Assembly (NCBI GenBank): GCA_964607485.1 | Contig: CAZSKP010000020.1 | Location: 1 to 49,123, forward strand | Reading direction: 5' to 3' | DNA: 49,123 nucleotides | DNA from: an uncultured bacterium | GTDB lineage: Bacteria > Abyssobacteria > SURF-5 | Part shown: piece by piece, positions 27,645 to 36,764 of the stretch | Layout of the letters: every line of letters begins with the position of its first letter | Position numbering within the stretch: position 1 is the stretch's first letter | Notes under the pieces: model-generated | The model's input: the letters and a program-made list of their open reading frames with translations, nothing else | The model's database searches: none | What the model was told of the DNA's origin: nothing | Translations under genes and position numbers: made by a program

Positions 27645-28757
27645 ATGAAACGGATTGTTGCGGTTGTTCTCATGGTGGTATTTGCCGCCGCGGGAGCATG
27701 GGCATTCCGGCCTGCTCCAAAGCACCCCAATATCATTCTCATTTCGGTTGATACCTTACGCGCAGATTATTTCGCGCCTGAATACATGCCCCTGACGTAC
27801 CAGTGGGCGCAAGAGCATGGCACAATTTTCACGAATGCTTACGCAAATTCTACTTGTACGTTTCCCTCTCACGTTTCGATGCTGACCGGAAAACTTGCCT
27901 CTGAACAGGGTATAACCAAACTTCAACCGTTGCCGGATAGCTTGAATTTTATTAGTGAGGCTTTGAAGAATAAAGGCTATCATACATATTTCTTTGGAGC
28001 AGACGGATGGATATGCCCCGCTTTCAACTTCGCGCAAGGGTTTGACTATCGCAGGTTCTTTGATTGGGAAACATCTTATGATGATAGAGCCGTACAACTG
28101 CAATGGGCGACTGAAACCAGAATGAAGAAACCCTTTTTTGCGTTTATCCATACAGTGATGATACATCAGTACTGGCTTAGAAATTATTCCGATTGGAAGC
28201 CAGAGTATTCTGGTAGAAAGAATGTTTTGAATCTTCCTGACGAAATGTTTCAATATTATTTCAAATGGCGAAGCACAGCTTCTATTAATGAGCGACGCAT
28301 ATCTTACGCACAGACTGTGCATGATTTTGACATATTGCTTGCCAAATTTCTTGATGCGATGAATCGAGAAGATACTTTTATCATCGTTACCTCTGACCAC
28401 GGTGAGGGCTTGGGCGAGAAGCATGGTGATACAATATTTCTCGATCATGGACTTGCGCCATATCCTAATCAAACCCATGTACCTTTACTCGTTGTCGGAA
28501 ACGCAGAATCTGTATCCGCCCCTGTTGGCCTTGACCAACTTTTTGATACAATCATACGCGTTGCTGACGGAGACAGCTTCTCTATCATGCCGAGAACTGT
28601 TGTATCCGAAGCGGACGAATTCAGGGCGGAAATAACTAAGGACCATTACACAGTGAGCAAAGACAAGAGTGACCATGTGGCGACCGTAGAAGTATCTACA
28701 GAGAAAATACCGGAATCCACAAGGAATGCCTTGAAAGCATTGGGTTATCTTCAATAA
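27645..28757 (+). CDS. Exported sulfatase-like hydrolase/transferase
   Basis: Signal peptide MKRIVAVVL..; PNIILISVDTLRAD, TCTFPSHVSMLTG, IIVTSDHGEGLGE, LKALGYL. Confidence 0.9.
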   Translation: MKRIVAVVLMVVFAAAGAWAFRPAPKHPNIILISVDTLRADYFAPEYMPLTYQWAQEHGTIFTNAYANSTCTFPSHVSMLTGKLASEQGITKLQPLPDSLNFISEALKNKGYHTYFFGADGWICPAFNFAQGFDYRRFFDWETSYDDRAVQLQWATETRMKKPFFAFIHTVMIHQYWLRNYSDWKPEYSGRKNVLNLPDEMFQYYFKWRSTASINERRISYAQTVHDFDILLAKFLDAMNREDTFIIVTSDHGEGLGEKHGDTIFLDHGLAPYPNQTHVPLLVVGNAESVSAPVGLDQLFDTIIRVADGDSFSIMPRTVVSEADEFRAEITKDHYTVSKDKSDHVATVEVSTEKIPESTRNALKALGYLQ

Positions 28758-29215
28758 CCTCTCCATCTTACCGTTCCGTCAGAGCGAGTCTGCCAGAAAT
28801 TTCCAAACGTTGCTTCGCCGCGTGGAGTGTATGTAATATCGAATTCAGCGGCATCCGCAGGGTCTAGGTCGTGTGTTCTGGCGCGTCTCAGTTCGCTTGT
28901 ACCAGCATCGCCGTCTTCAATTCGGAAACCAATATATTTGTCATCAGCGCTGAACTGTTCGCATAGTTTGTTGCGTTAGAATCATTTGTGTTTTTCCAAG
29001 CGGAAGAAGCGCTTTGAGCCAAGGCGCGAATATAAGCACTAAAACCGCCAACGCTTCCCGTATTCGCTTTTCAACTTATATTTAAACTGCTGATTTTCGA
29101 GCATCTGGAAATTGTAAATGGCCAGCGAAAAAATGAATGATTCTTGTTTACGCCGCCTAAATTAAAGGTTCCGATTGCAGTAGCGCCGTCTGTGTGCCAA
29201 TTGAAATCTATAGAT
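28751..29215 (-). pseudogene. Degraded gene remnant, possibly a phage structural or DNRLRE-like beta-sandwich protein
   Basis: Protein-like segments HSFFRWPFTISRCSKISSLNIS*KANTGS.. and, after a frameshift, DKYIGFRIEDGD..AAEFDITYTPRG..RWRGY*. Confidence 0.45.
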
Positions 29216-29216
29216 T

Positions 29217-29410
29217 CCCCCCGCCCGGTCAATGGGAAAAAGGCAATCCCGCCCCCCGTACATGCCACTTCGACTTGGCCCGCATTGGGAGTCACTGGGA
29301 GGTTCCCCAGCTAGGGGATATCGTAACTCGACTGCGATTTGAAATCTGATAATCTGACGGAACGGAAGAGGCACCATGCGGGAAGTGCAGGTCCAGGGGG
29401 TATAGGGGGT
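29217..29410 (-). repeat. Copy 1 of a diverged ~200-bp module (other copy at 42161-42367)
   Basis: Colinear similarity including an exact 22-mer (29335-29356, reverse complement) and CCCCTATACCCCC. Confidence 0.85.
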
Positions 29411-29632
29411 CAGTTTTCGGGAGCACTCCCTTTCCGACGCCCTTGACAAGTGGGGGAGCTTTGTGGTTTCATCATGGGAGCGGAGCGGTCGGATGTATGG
29501 CGTGTGTGTTTGAAAATGGCCGTGGCAGGAAATCACCGTAAAGCACCTTATGTCACCTGATGAAAAGTATCGGCTGAGGAACCCGAATTTACAAGTTCCT
29601 GAGCCGGTAAATCATAGCCTTAATCGACTTGT

Positions 29633-29682
29633 GAGGACTGAAAATCCTTGTGTCGGCAGTTCGATTCTGCCTCCCGCCACAA
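29633..29682 (+). repeat. attR-like duplication of the 3' part of tRNA-Phe
   Basis: gaggactgaaaatccttgtgtcggcagttcgattctgcctcccgccacaa, identical to 26997-27046. Confidence 0.95.
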
Positions 29683-29799
29683 ACATATTCGGATTGTCGG
29701 CCCGAATGAATCGAAGCGGCAAACATTCCCAGGCCACCGGTTCGGACTTTCCGCCAACGTTAATCAGAACCGCAAAGCCAGGCATCGTGCGAGGCTGAA

Positions 29800-31104
29800 A
29801 TGTCGAAGCCAAAGGTCGGAGTGCAGAAGGTGGGCGGAGCCCCTCGTGCCGCCGTCAGCAGGCTTCTGGGGAAGTTTCCCGACATCTGCCGCCGCCTGGA
29901 GGAGTGCGAAAAAGTCTTCATCAAGATAAACGCCGTATATTTCCATCCCCACCTTCATACGTCGCTTTCACTGATAGAAGCGGTCGTGGAATACATAAGG
30001 AACCTCGACTCGAAAAAGCCGATCTATCTGATGGAAAATTGTTCGCAGGGCAACTTCACCCGGCTGTGTTTCACCACCATCGGATTGGATGGCATTGCCA
30101 GGAACCTCAGGCTTTATTGCCTCTATCTCGATGAGGAAAAGTCGGTCAAAGTCGGAATGGGGGAGGGCGAGACGGCGCAAACGGTCCGGTTCCCTCGAAT
30201 CCTTCATGAGAATCTGATCGTCGGCCGGGATAAGAACTTTTATCTTAATATGCCGGTGCTCAAGGCGCACTGCCAGACGCAGTTGACGGCGGGAATCAAG
30301 AATCAGATGGGATTGCTCTACGATTACGATAAGGCCAAGAATCACAACCACAGGCTCCATCAGAAGCTCGTAGATATATTGAAATTCATCAGGCCCGACT
30401 TCACGCTGGTCGATGCGCTGAAGGTGCTCGCGAGAGGCCCCATGCCTCCGGCGAAATATGTCGATGAGCTGCTGCATGAAAAGGATGTCATCCTGGGGGG
30501 CGAAGACACGGTTGCAGTCGACGCCGTGTGCGCGAAAATACTTGGACACGAGCCGGAGGAGGTCAAACACGTGGCGCTGGCGGCGCAACAGGGTCTGGGC
30601 GTGGCCGAGCTTGACGAGATCGAAGTGGATGGGGAGATGCCCGCCTGCAAAGAGAAGATTCCGTGGGAGCTGAATAGACACTTCCCCGAAACCCTGCGCA
30701 TTGTCGTCGGCAAAGGGGGTGCCTGTTACGAAGGCTGTCTTGGCCATGCCGAACAGGTCATCCAATTGGTCGTAAACGAAAACGGCGCTCCCGAAGACTT
30801 TGTTGACATGCCGCTCACGATAGTCACCGGAAAGGGATTCGACGCCGGTCAGCTAGAAGGCCTCGAGGAGCCGATAATGCTTCTGGGCGAATGTGCGTGC
30901 GAGGAGGTGCTCGAAACCCTTCGGGCAAAATATCTAAGCGTGAATGTGCTCAACACTTGCGGCCGATGCGACAACATATTGACCCTCGTCGCCCGCAACC
31001 TCGGCGTGCACGTGTTCGACCTCTCCCCCTTGAGCCGTCTGGAGATATATCGGCAGTTCCTGACTGGCAGGCTGCACGGATTACGCTATAAGATTCCACG
31101 GTAG
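29800..31104 (+). CDS. DUF362 domain Fe-S protein
   Basis: VFIKIN, NMPVLKAH, TAGIKNQMG, RPDFTLVDA, DTVAVDAV; Cys-rich C-terminus GACYEGC. Confidence 0.85.
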   Translation: MSKPKVGVQKVGGAPRAAVSRLLGKFPDICRRLEECEKVFIKINAVYFHPHLHTSLSLIEAVVEYIRNLDSKKPIYLMENCSQGNFTRLCFTTIGLDGIARNLRLYCLYLDEEKSVKVGMGEGETAQTVRFPRILHENLIVGRDKNFYLNMPVLKAHCQTQLTAGIKNQMGLLYDYDKAKNHNHRLHQKLVDILKFIRPDFTLVDALKVLARGPMPPAKYVDELLHEKDVILGGEDTVAVDAVCAKILGHEPEEVKHVALAAQQGLGVAELDEIEVDGEMPACKEKIPWELNRHFPETLRIVVGKGGACYEGCLGHAEQVIQLVVNENGAPEDFVDMPLTIVTGKGFDAGQLEGLEEPIMLLGECACEEVLETLRAKYLSVNVLNTCGRCDNILTLVARNLGVHVFDLSPLSRLEIYRQFLTGRLHGLRYKIPR

Positions 31105-31356
31105 GGTTCGGGGTTTTCGGCTGAAATTTTCCTTGACGTGGTGCGTCATCTTACCATATATTGGTATATGCAGGGTTTCGATGTTTTGTCGGAAGTAAGG
31201 AGCGGCCGCATCTTCGAATGTTGCCGATTTTCCCCTCCTTTTCTTTTCGAGAGAAGTAAAAGGGCGAAAAGCGATCAGTGTCGTAATAGATGCTGGATGC
31301 CGCCGTTCGCTTTCAGCTTCGTCAAACAGGGCATGCAAACTTAACGGAGGAGAGAG

Positions 31357-32811
31357 ATGATTGGTATCACGTCTTATGGAGGATACATCCCAAAGCTCAG
31401 GCTGCAGCGCATGGCCATTTTTCAGAGCATGGGATGGTTCGCCCCCGCGATCATGATGGTCGCCCAGGGCGAAAGGTCGATGTGCAACTGGGATGAGGAC
31501 TCCCTGACTATGGCGGTCGCTGCCGCAAAGGACTGTCTGGTGGGAATGGACAAGAGCAAGGTGGACGCATTGTACCTCTGTTCCACGACCCTTCCATTTG
31601 CCGACCGGCAGAATTCGGGAATCGTTTCCACCGCGCTCAACCTGGACGAGAACGTGCTGACTGCCGACTTCACCGCCTCTCTCAAGGCGGGTACCTCGGG
31701 GATGGTGACCGCGCTCGATGCGTTGAAGGGGGGCGAGAAAAAATCGGTACTGGTCGTCGCCTCCGATAAGCGCGAGACAAAGTCGGCCTATTTCCACGAG
31801 ATGTGGTTTGGCGACGGCGCTGCTTCCGTGACGATGGGAACCGACAACGTGATCGCCGAATGCCTGGGCGTTCACTCCATCTCCGTCGATTTCGTGGACC
31901 ACTATCGGGATTCGATGAGGCACTATGACTACAATTGGGAAGAGCGATGGATTCGCGACGAGGGATATTCCAAGATCATACCCGAGGTCGTCACCGGTCT
32001 GATGAAGAAGCTGGGCGTGTCAGCCGATGACATCACCAAGTTCATTTTCCCTTGCTTTTTCACCCGGGAGCATCGAGGCATAGCCAAGAAACTGGGGCTT
32101 GCCGGACAGCTCGTGGACAACATGCATGACGTATGCGGCGAAACGGGCACGGCCCACCCGCTGGTCATGCTCGTCCGGACGCTGGAAGAAGCCTCTCCGG
32201 GCGACAAGATACTCGTGTGCAGCTTCGGACAGGGTTCCGACGCGCTCCTGTTCCAGGTGACCGACAACATCAAGAAGCTGCCCCCGCGCATGGGCATCAA
32301 CGGCTCACTGGCAAACAAGAAGGAAATGGACACGTACCCCAAGTTCCTCAAGTTCAGAAACCTCATGCAAACGGAGATGGGCATCCGCGCCGAGGCCGAT
32401 TTCCAGACCGCGCTGACGACGCTGTACCGGAAGCGCAAGTTCCTCCTCGGTTTTATCGGCGGTGAGTGTCAGAAGTGCGGCACGCGGCAGATTCCCAGCA
32501 TGGACATCTGCGTGAACCCCGATTGCGGCTCTGTCAAGTCCCAGGTGCCCGCCGAATTCGCCGACACACCCGCGGTTATCAAGACGTTCACGGGCGATAT
32601 GCTGTCCGTGTCAGTCGATCCGCCCAACATTTACGGACTCATACAGTTCGACGGCGGAGGGAGGATTCTCGCGGACTTCTCCGACTGTACGCTTGAGGAC
32701 GTGGCCGTGGGCAAGCGGGTGAAGATGGCGTTTCGCAAAAGAAACTACGACGAAAAACGTGGCTTCCATGCGTATTTCTGGAAGGCGATTCCCGTCGCGG
32801 AAGAAGCATAG
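31357..32811 (+). CDS. HMG-CoA-synthase-like domain fused to a DUF35 (Zn-ribbon plus OB-fold) domain
   Basis: MIGITSYGGYIP, DEDSLTMAV, GDGAA, GETGTAH; C-terminal CQKCG..CVNPDCG and YFWKA. Confidence 0.9.
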   Translation: MIGITSYGGYIPKLRLQRMAIFQSMGWFAPAIMMVAQGERSMCNWDEDSLTMAVAAAKDCLVGMDKSKVDALYLCSTTLPFADRQNSGIVSTALNLDENVLTADFTASLKAGTSGMVTALDALKGGEKKSVLVVASDKRETKSAYFHEMWFGDGAASVTMGTDNVIAECLGVHSISVDFVDHYRDSMRHYDYNWEERWIRDEGYSKIIPEVVTGLMKKLGVSADDITKFIFPCFFTREHRGIAKKLGLAGQLVDNMHDVCGETGTAHPLVMLVRTLEEASPGDKILVCSFGQGSDALLFQVTDNIKKLPPRMGINGSLANKKEMDTYPKFLKFRNLMQTEMGIRAEADFQTALTTLYRKRKFLLGFIGGECQKCGTRQIPSMDICVNPDCGSVKSQVPAEFADTPAVIKTFTGDMLSVSVDPPNIYGLIQFDGGGRILADFSDCTLEDVAVGKRVKMAFRKRNYDEKRGFHAYFWKAIPVAEEA

Positions 32812-32825
32812 AGGAGGATGACGAC

Positions 32826-34031
32826 ATGGCAACCGGAATCAAAGATAAAGTCGCAATCATCGGAATGGGCTGCACGCGGTTCGGCGAACGCTGGGACGTG
32901 GGAGCCGAGGAGCTGATGGTCGAGGCATTCACCGAATGTATGGAAGATGCCGGCATCGACAAGAAGGACATCCAGGCCGCGTGGCTCGGCACCTGCATCG
33001 ATGAGGTGAACGTGGGCAAGAGCGCGCTTCCCCTGTCCGTTACCCTGCGCCTGGACAAGATCGCGGTGACGCGCGTGGAGAATTTCTGCGCAAGCGGAAC
33101 CGAGTCGCTTCGGGGCGCGGTCTACGCCGTTGCCTCGGGCGCATACGACATCTGTCTGGCGATGGGCGTGGAAAAACTGAAAGATACGGGCTACGGCGGC
33201 CTTCCCGCCTCCGTCGGCGGCGGAACGCTGAACAGCCAGTGGTTCCCCAGGCTGACGGCGCCGGGCTCCTTCGCGCAGCTTGCGAGCGCATATGCCGCGA
33301 AGTATAAGATTCCCGACGACGAGCTGAAGCTGGCCCTCGCGCACGTGTCGGCCAAGAGCCACGCAAACGGCGCGAAGAATCCGAAGGCTCACCTTCGGAA
33401 AGCAGTCACGGTGGAGCAGATCATGGCTTCTCCGATTATCGCGCATCCGCTGGGCCTGTTCGACTGCTGCGGCGTGAGCGACGGCGCGGCGTGCGCCATC
33501 GTGACGACGCCGAAGATAGCCAAAGAGATGGGCAAGAAGGATTTCGTTTCCATCAAGGCGCTGCAGCTCGCCCTGAGCAGCGGCGAGGAACTGGGCTTCA
33601 ACGATTGGGACGGCGACCACTTTGTCACGACGTCGAAGTGCAGCCTGAAGGCGTATGAAGAGGCGGGGATAAAGAACCCGCGCGAAGAGATCTCGATGAT
33701 GGAAGTCCACGACTGTTTCTCCATCACTGAGTTCGTGACGATGGAAGACTTGCACATCTCTCCCCGCGGCGGCGCGCTCAAGGACGTGATGGACGGCTTC
33801 TACAACGCCGACGGCGGACTGCCGTGCCAGATCGACGGCGGGCTGAAATGCTTCGGCCATCCCATCGGCGCGTCGGGCCTGCGCATGGTGTATGAGATGT
33901 ACCTGCAGATTCACGGCAGGGCCGGCGACCGCCAGCTCAAAGACCCGAAGCTCGGCCTTACGCACAACCTCGGCGGCTTCCCGTTCATGAACGTATGCAG
34001 CATCGCCATCGTCGGCAAATACGGCGTCTAA
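32826..34031 (+). CDS. Acetyl-CoA acetyltransferase (SCP-x/archaeal-type thiolase)
   Basis: RVENFCASG, DCCGVSDGAA, EVHDCF, GHPIGASG, HNLGG. Confidence 0.92.
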   Translation: MATGIKDKVAIIGMGCTRFGERWDVGAEELMVEAFTECMEDAGIDKKDIQAAWLGTCIDEVNVGKSALPLSVTLRLDKIAVTRVENFCASGTESLRGAVYAVASGAYDICLAMGVEKLKDTGYGGLPASVGGGTLNSQWFPRLTAPGSFAQLASAYAAKYKIPDDELKLALAHVSAKSHANGAKNPKAHLRKAVTVEQIMASPIIAHPLGLFDCCGVSDGAACAIVTTPKIAKEMGKKDFVSIKALQLALSSGEELGFNDWDGDHFVTTSKCSLKAYEEAGIKNPREEISMMEVHDCFSITEFVTMEDLHISPRGGALKDVMDGFYNADGGLPCQIDGGLKCFGHPIGASGLRMVYEMYLQIHGRAGDRQLKDPKLGLTHNLGGFPFMNVCSIAIVGKYGV

Positions 34032-34045
34032 TTTCTCCAGAGATC

Positions 34046-34079
34046 AAAGAGGGGCGAATTTTGCATTCGCCCCTTTCTT
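34046..34079 (+). terminator. Intrinsic terminator after the thiolase gene
   Basis: aaagaggggcgaat-tttgc-attcgcccctttctt. Confidence 0.75.
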
Positions 34080-34219
34080 GTATTCGTAGGTGAACGAGAA
34101 TTTTGTCCCGCGCATTTTCCGACCGCCGCAGTATGGGTTGTCGCAAATTCTGCAGGGACGAAGTGGGGTGCGCCCAAGCCGACTTGATCCCAATTACACA
34201 CATACAGTCATGATGGGCT

Positions 34220-35521
34220 ATGAAGATGGATAAGAATAAATCTTTGGGATATTGGTCAGTGGTTTCGATCGGCGTGGGAGGAATGGTTGGGGGCGGAATA
34301 TTTGCGGTCTTGGGACTGGCTGTTCAGCTTGCTCGAGGTGGAACTCCGATTGCCTTTGGCATAGCTGGAATTGTTGCTCTCATTACCTCCTACTCGTATG
34401 CGCGATTGTCGGTCGCCTATCCCAGCCAGGGTGGAACCGTTGAGTTCCTGAACCAAGCTTTTGGACCGGGGATTATTGCAGGAGGACTCAACATCCTCTT
34501 GTTGTTGAGTTATGTAGTTATGCTTTCATTATATGCGTATGCCTTTGGCAGTTATGGCGCCAGTATTCTTCCCGCAGGCGCTCAACACTTTTGGAAACAC
34601 ATATTGATAAGTGGCGTCATCGTCCTTTTTATGTTACTTAACATCAAAGGCTCTAAGGCTGTTGGCGAGGCAGAAGAATGGATCGTAGGACTGAAAATCG
34701 TCATCCTTTTGTTTTTTGTAGCGATAGGCTTGTGGAGCGTAGATTCCCAGAGGGTTGCAGTGGGAACATGGAGCTCCACATTGCAGTTAGTAGCAGGAGG
34801 CATGATTATTTTTCTGGCTTACGAGGGCTTCGAACTCATAGCAAACACGGCTGGAGATGTCAAGAATCCGCTCAAAACTCTGCCCCGTGCTTACTATTCG
34901 GCAATTGGATTTGTCATTGTATTGTATGTGCTTATCTCGCTGGTAACCGTGGGAAACCTATCGATAGGCGATATCATGGCAGCACGGGATTATGCGTTGG
35001 CTGAGAGCGCCAAGCCTTTCCTGGGCAACTTCGGCTTTACCCTTATCGCAATTGCAGCGCTCTTATCCACAGGTTCCGCCATCAATGCAACGCTCTACGG
35101 GGCCGCTCGCATTAGCTATATCATTGCCAAGGAAGGAGAGCTTCCTGAGGAACTCGACAAGAAGATCTGGAACCGTCCTATCGAAGGATTATTTATCACT
35201 TCCATATTGACTTTGATAGTGGCAAATATTTTCGACCTCACGAGCATCTCGATAATGGGAAGCGCCGGCTTTCTGATAATTTTCGCGGCCGTCAATGCGT
35301 CAAACGCCTATCTAAGCGAGAAGACTGGGAGCCGAAGATGGATTTCCGTTCTTGGCGCCATCGTTTGTTGCGGTGCCGTTGTCGCATTAATCTGGCAAAC
35401 GGTGAGAAGCTCGCCTTCAGAAATCTGGATATTGGCGGTCATGATCGGGTTGTCCTTTGTCGGGGAAGCGTCCTATCGCAAAGTGACAGGGAGAGTAATA
35501 AAGAAAAGCATCGAGTCCTGA
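34220..35521 (+). CDS. APC family amino acid permease
   Basis: About 12 TM segments; IGVGGMVGGGIF, FLAYEGFE, SAINATLY. Confidence 0.92.
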   Translation: MKMDKNKSLGYWSVVSIGVGGMVGGGIFAVLGLAVQLARGGTPIAFGIAGIVALITSYSYARLSVAYPSQGGTVEFLNQAFGPGIIAGGLNILLLLSYVVMLSLYAYAFGSYGASILPAGAQHFWKHILISGVIVLFMLLNIKGSKAVGEAEEWIVGLKIVILLFFVAIGLWSVDSQRVAVGTWSSTLQLVAGGMIIFLAYEGFELIANTAGDVKNPLKTLPRAYYSAIGFVIVLYVLISLVTVGNLSIGDIMAARDYALAESAKPFLGNFGFTLIAIAALLSTGSAINATLYGAARISYIIAKEGELPEELDKKIWNRPIEGLFITSILTLIVANIFDLTSISIMGSAGFLIIFAAVNASNAYLSEKTGSRRWISVLGAIVCCGAVVALIWQTVRSSPSEIWILAVMIGLSFVGEASYRKVTGRVIKKSIES

Positions 35522-35631
35522 GAATATTTTCTTGCGCCCCCTTTTTTAGACGTCTCGAAAGTCTTTCGTCTTAGTTTGTGGTTTGTGGCTGGGCTTTGTT
35601 TTTTCGGCGGTCTCTGGTAGAATAATGGGTG

Positions 35632-35961
35632 ATGACGCGCGAATACACTCACATCGAACTGAACGTAGAGGTTGAGGCCATCGGCGGGCATTACGTTCTC
35701 GAAAAGGAAGTCCGCCTGCCCTACCGCGGAGAGGAAGTTCTGTACGTCGTCGGCATGGCGGTCGTGGACAAGTCATGCTGCGCGCCGACCGGCTGCCGCT
35801 ACGCCATCGTGCCCGGCTACGTGCTCGACTGGCACCACCGCACCAACCACGACAATCTTCCCGTGTCCGAGGTGGAGCCAATACGCGACGAGAGTGCGCG
35901 GAAAGAAATAACCAACCTCATCAAGAAGTCCGAGATCGTCCAACAAGTCGAATTCCACTGA
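35632..35961 (+). CDS. Small hypothetical protein with SCCxxxGC motif
   Basis: Codon usage like the host; REYTHIELN..VLYVVG.AVVDKSCCAPTGCRYAIVPGY. Confidence 0.7.
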   Translation: MTREYTHIELNVEVEAIGGHYVLEKEVRLPYRGEEVLYVVGMAVVDKSCCAPTGCRYAIVPGYVLDWHHRTNHDNLPVSEVEPIRDESARKEITNLIKKSEIVQQVEFH

Positions 35962-36028
35962 CGGGAAATCGGCTTACCACATGCGTCCCGGTTCCAGAAT
36001 TTCGTCGGCCCCATCACTACACCCGCTG

Positions 36029-36057
36029 TTGACCCTGCTTGATGATTATGCTAGAAT
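36029..36057 (+). promoter_or_regulatory. Sigma-70 promoter of tRNA-Thr
   Basis: TTGACC-17 nt-TAGAAT. Confidence 0.65.
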
Positions 36058-36072
36058 TAGGTCTGTTGTAAA

Positions 36073-36145
36073 GCTGGAGTAGCTCAGCCGGTAGAGCACC
36101 TCACTCGTAATGAGGGGGTCAGGGGTTCGAGTCCCCTCTCCAGCT
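36073..36145 (+). tRNA. tRNA-Thr(CGT), CCA not encoded
   Basis: GCTGGAG..CCTCA CTCGTAA TGAGG..AGGGG TTCGAGT CCCCT CTCCAGC T. Confidence 0.96.
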
Positions 36146-36152
36146 CCTTGAT

Positions 36153-36186
36153 ATCAGGGCACTCTTGTGAGTGCCCTGATTTTTTT
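36153..36186 (+). terminator. Hairpin plus U-tract after tRNA-Thr
   Basis: atcagggcactc-ttgt-gagtgccctgat followed by a T run. Confidence 0.8.
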
Positions 36187-36368
36187 GTGTGACAGATATA
36201 GGGAGATTGTGCTGGTTTTCAATGGCCGATATGACCGTAATATCCCCCGTTCGGTTCTTTCTGGGAGCTTGGCGCTGAAGGACCGGCTGTGCTGGCCATT
36301 GAGGGATTTCTTGGAAAATTTTTGAAGCAGCTTTAGGGCCTTTTTCCCCAGTTGAAAAAGCTGAGTTT

Positions 36369-36430
36369 GTGATGATAGTCTTGACTTTTCGGTCTTTTGT
36401 TCCGCCTTCAGAATTCGGATGAGAGTCGCA
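36369..36430 (+). repeat. Copy 1 of a diverged ~60-bp module (other copy at 42548-42608)
   Basis: gtgatgatagtcttgacttttcggtcttttgttccgccttcagaattcggatgagagtcgca versus gtgatgagaatcttgactttcgcccttttgttcgggcttgcgaattcggacgaaagttgca. Confidence 0.8.
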
Positions 36431-36764
36431 GCTATGCGGAAGTGCAGAGTGCTCACCTTTCAGACCAAACGTTCACCCATCTCTCGCTGGCAGTCGGAAA
36501 AGCCGCGCTTGGGCAATCAGATGATGATACTCTTGATTCATCCCTTTCTTGCCTCACCTTGTGGAATCGGACAAAAGTTGCGCTCCGTCGAAGGGAAGAA
36601 TACCTAATTCCCTTGCCCAAACCCTCTCCTGCAGAAACGAGCAGCAAACGACGCCCATTTGGCTTCATTAAGGTATAATATCTGGCAGCAAATTATTGAT
36701 ATGTTCTGCTTTCAGAGCGTCAGGGCACTTTCCCGACACCGTCGGTAGGAGGTGAACTTCATCT

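Noticed and set aside
28771-29365. 13-bp inverted repeat ccgttccgtcaga / tctgacggaacgg as possible invertible-segment ends
   Set aside because: Short enough to arise by chance in a few kb; no recombinase nearby; one copy lies inside a gene remnant
29162-29536. 124-aa ORF (and the 90-aa ORF at 42196-42468) as real genes
   Set aside because: Similarity is confined to about 20 codons and breaks frame afterwards; no RBS; reported as a repeat module with a caveat instead
29633-29682. Second tRNA-Phe gene
   Set aside because: Only the anticodon arm onward is present; the 5' acceptor strand and D arm are missing, so it is an att duplication
31160-31350. Riboswitch in the long leader of the HMGS-like gene
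   Set aside because: No conserved riboswitch motif recognised by eye; an Rfam search is needed
32745-33965. 406-aa minus-strand ORF
   Set aside because: Antisense shadow of the thiolase gene
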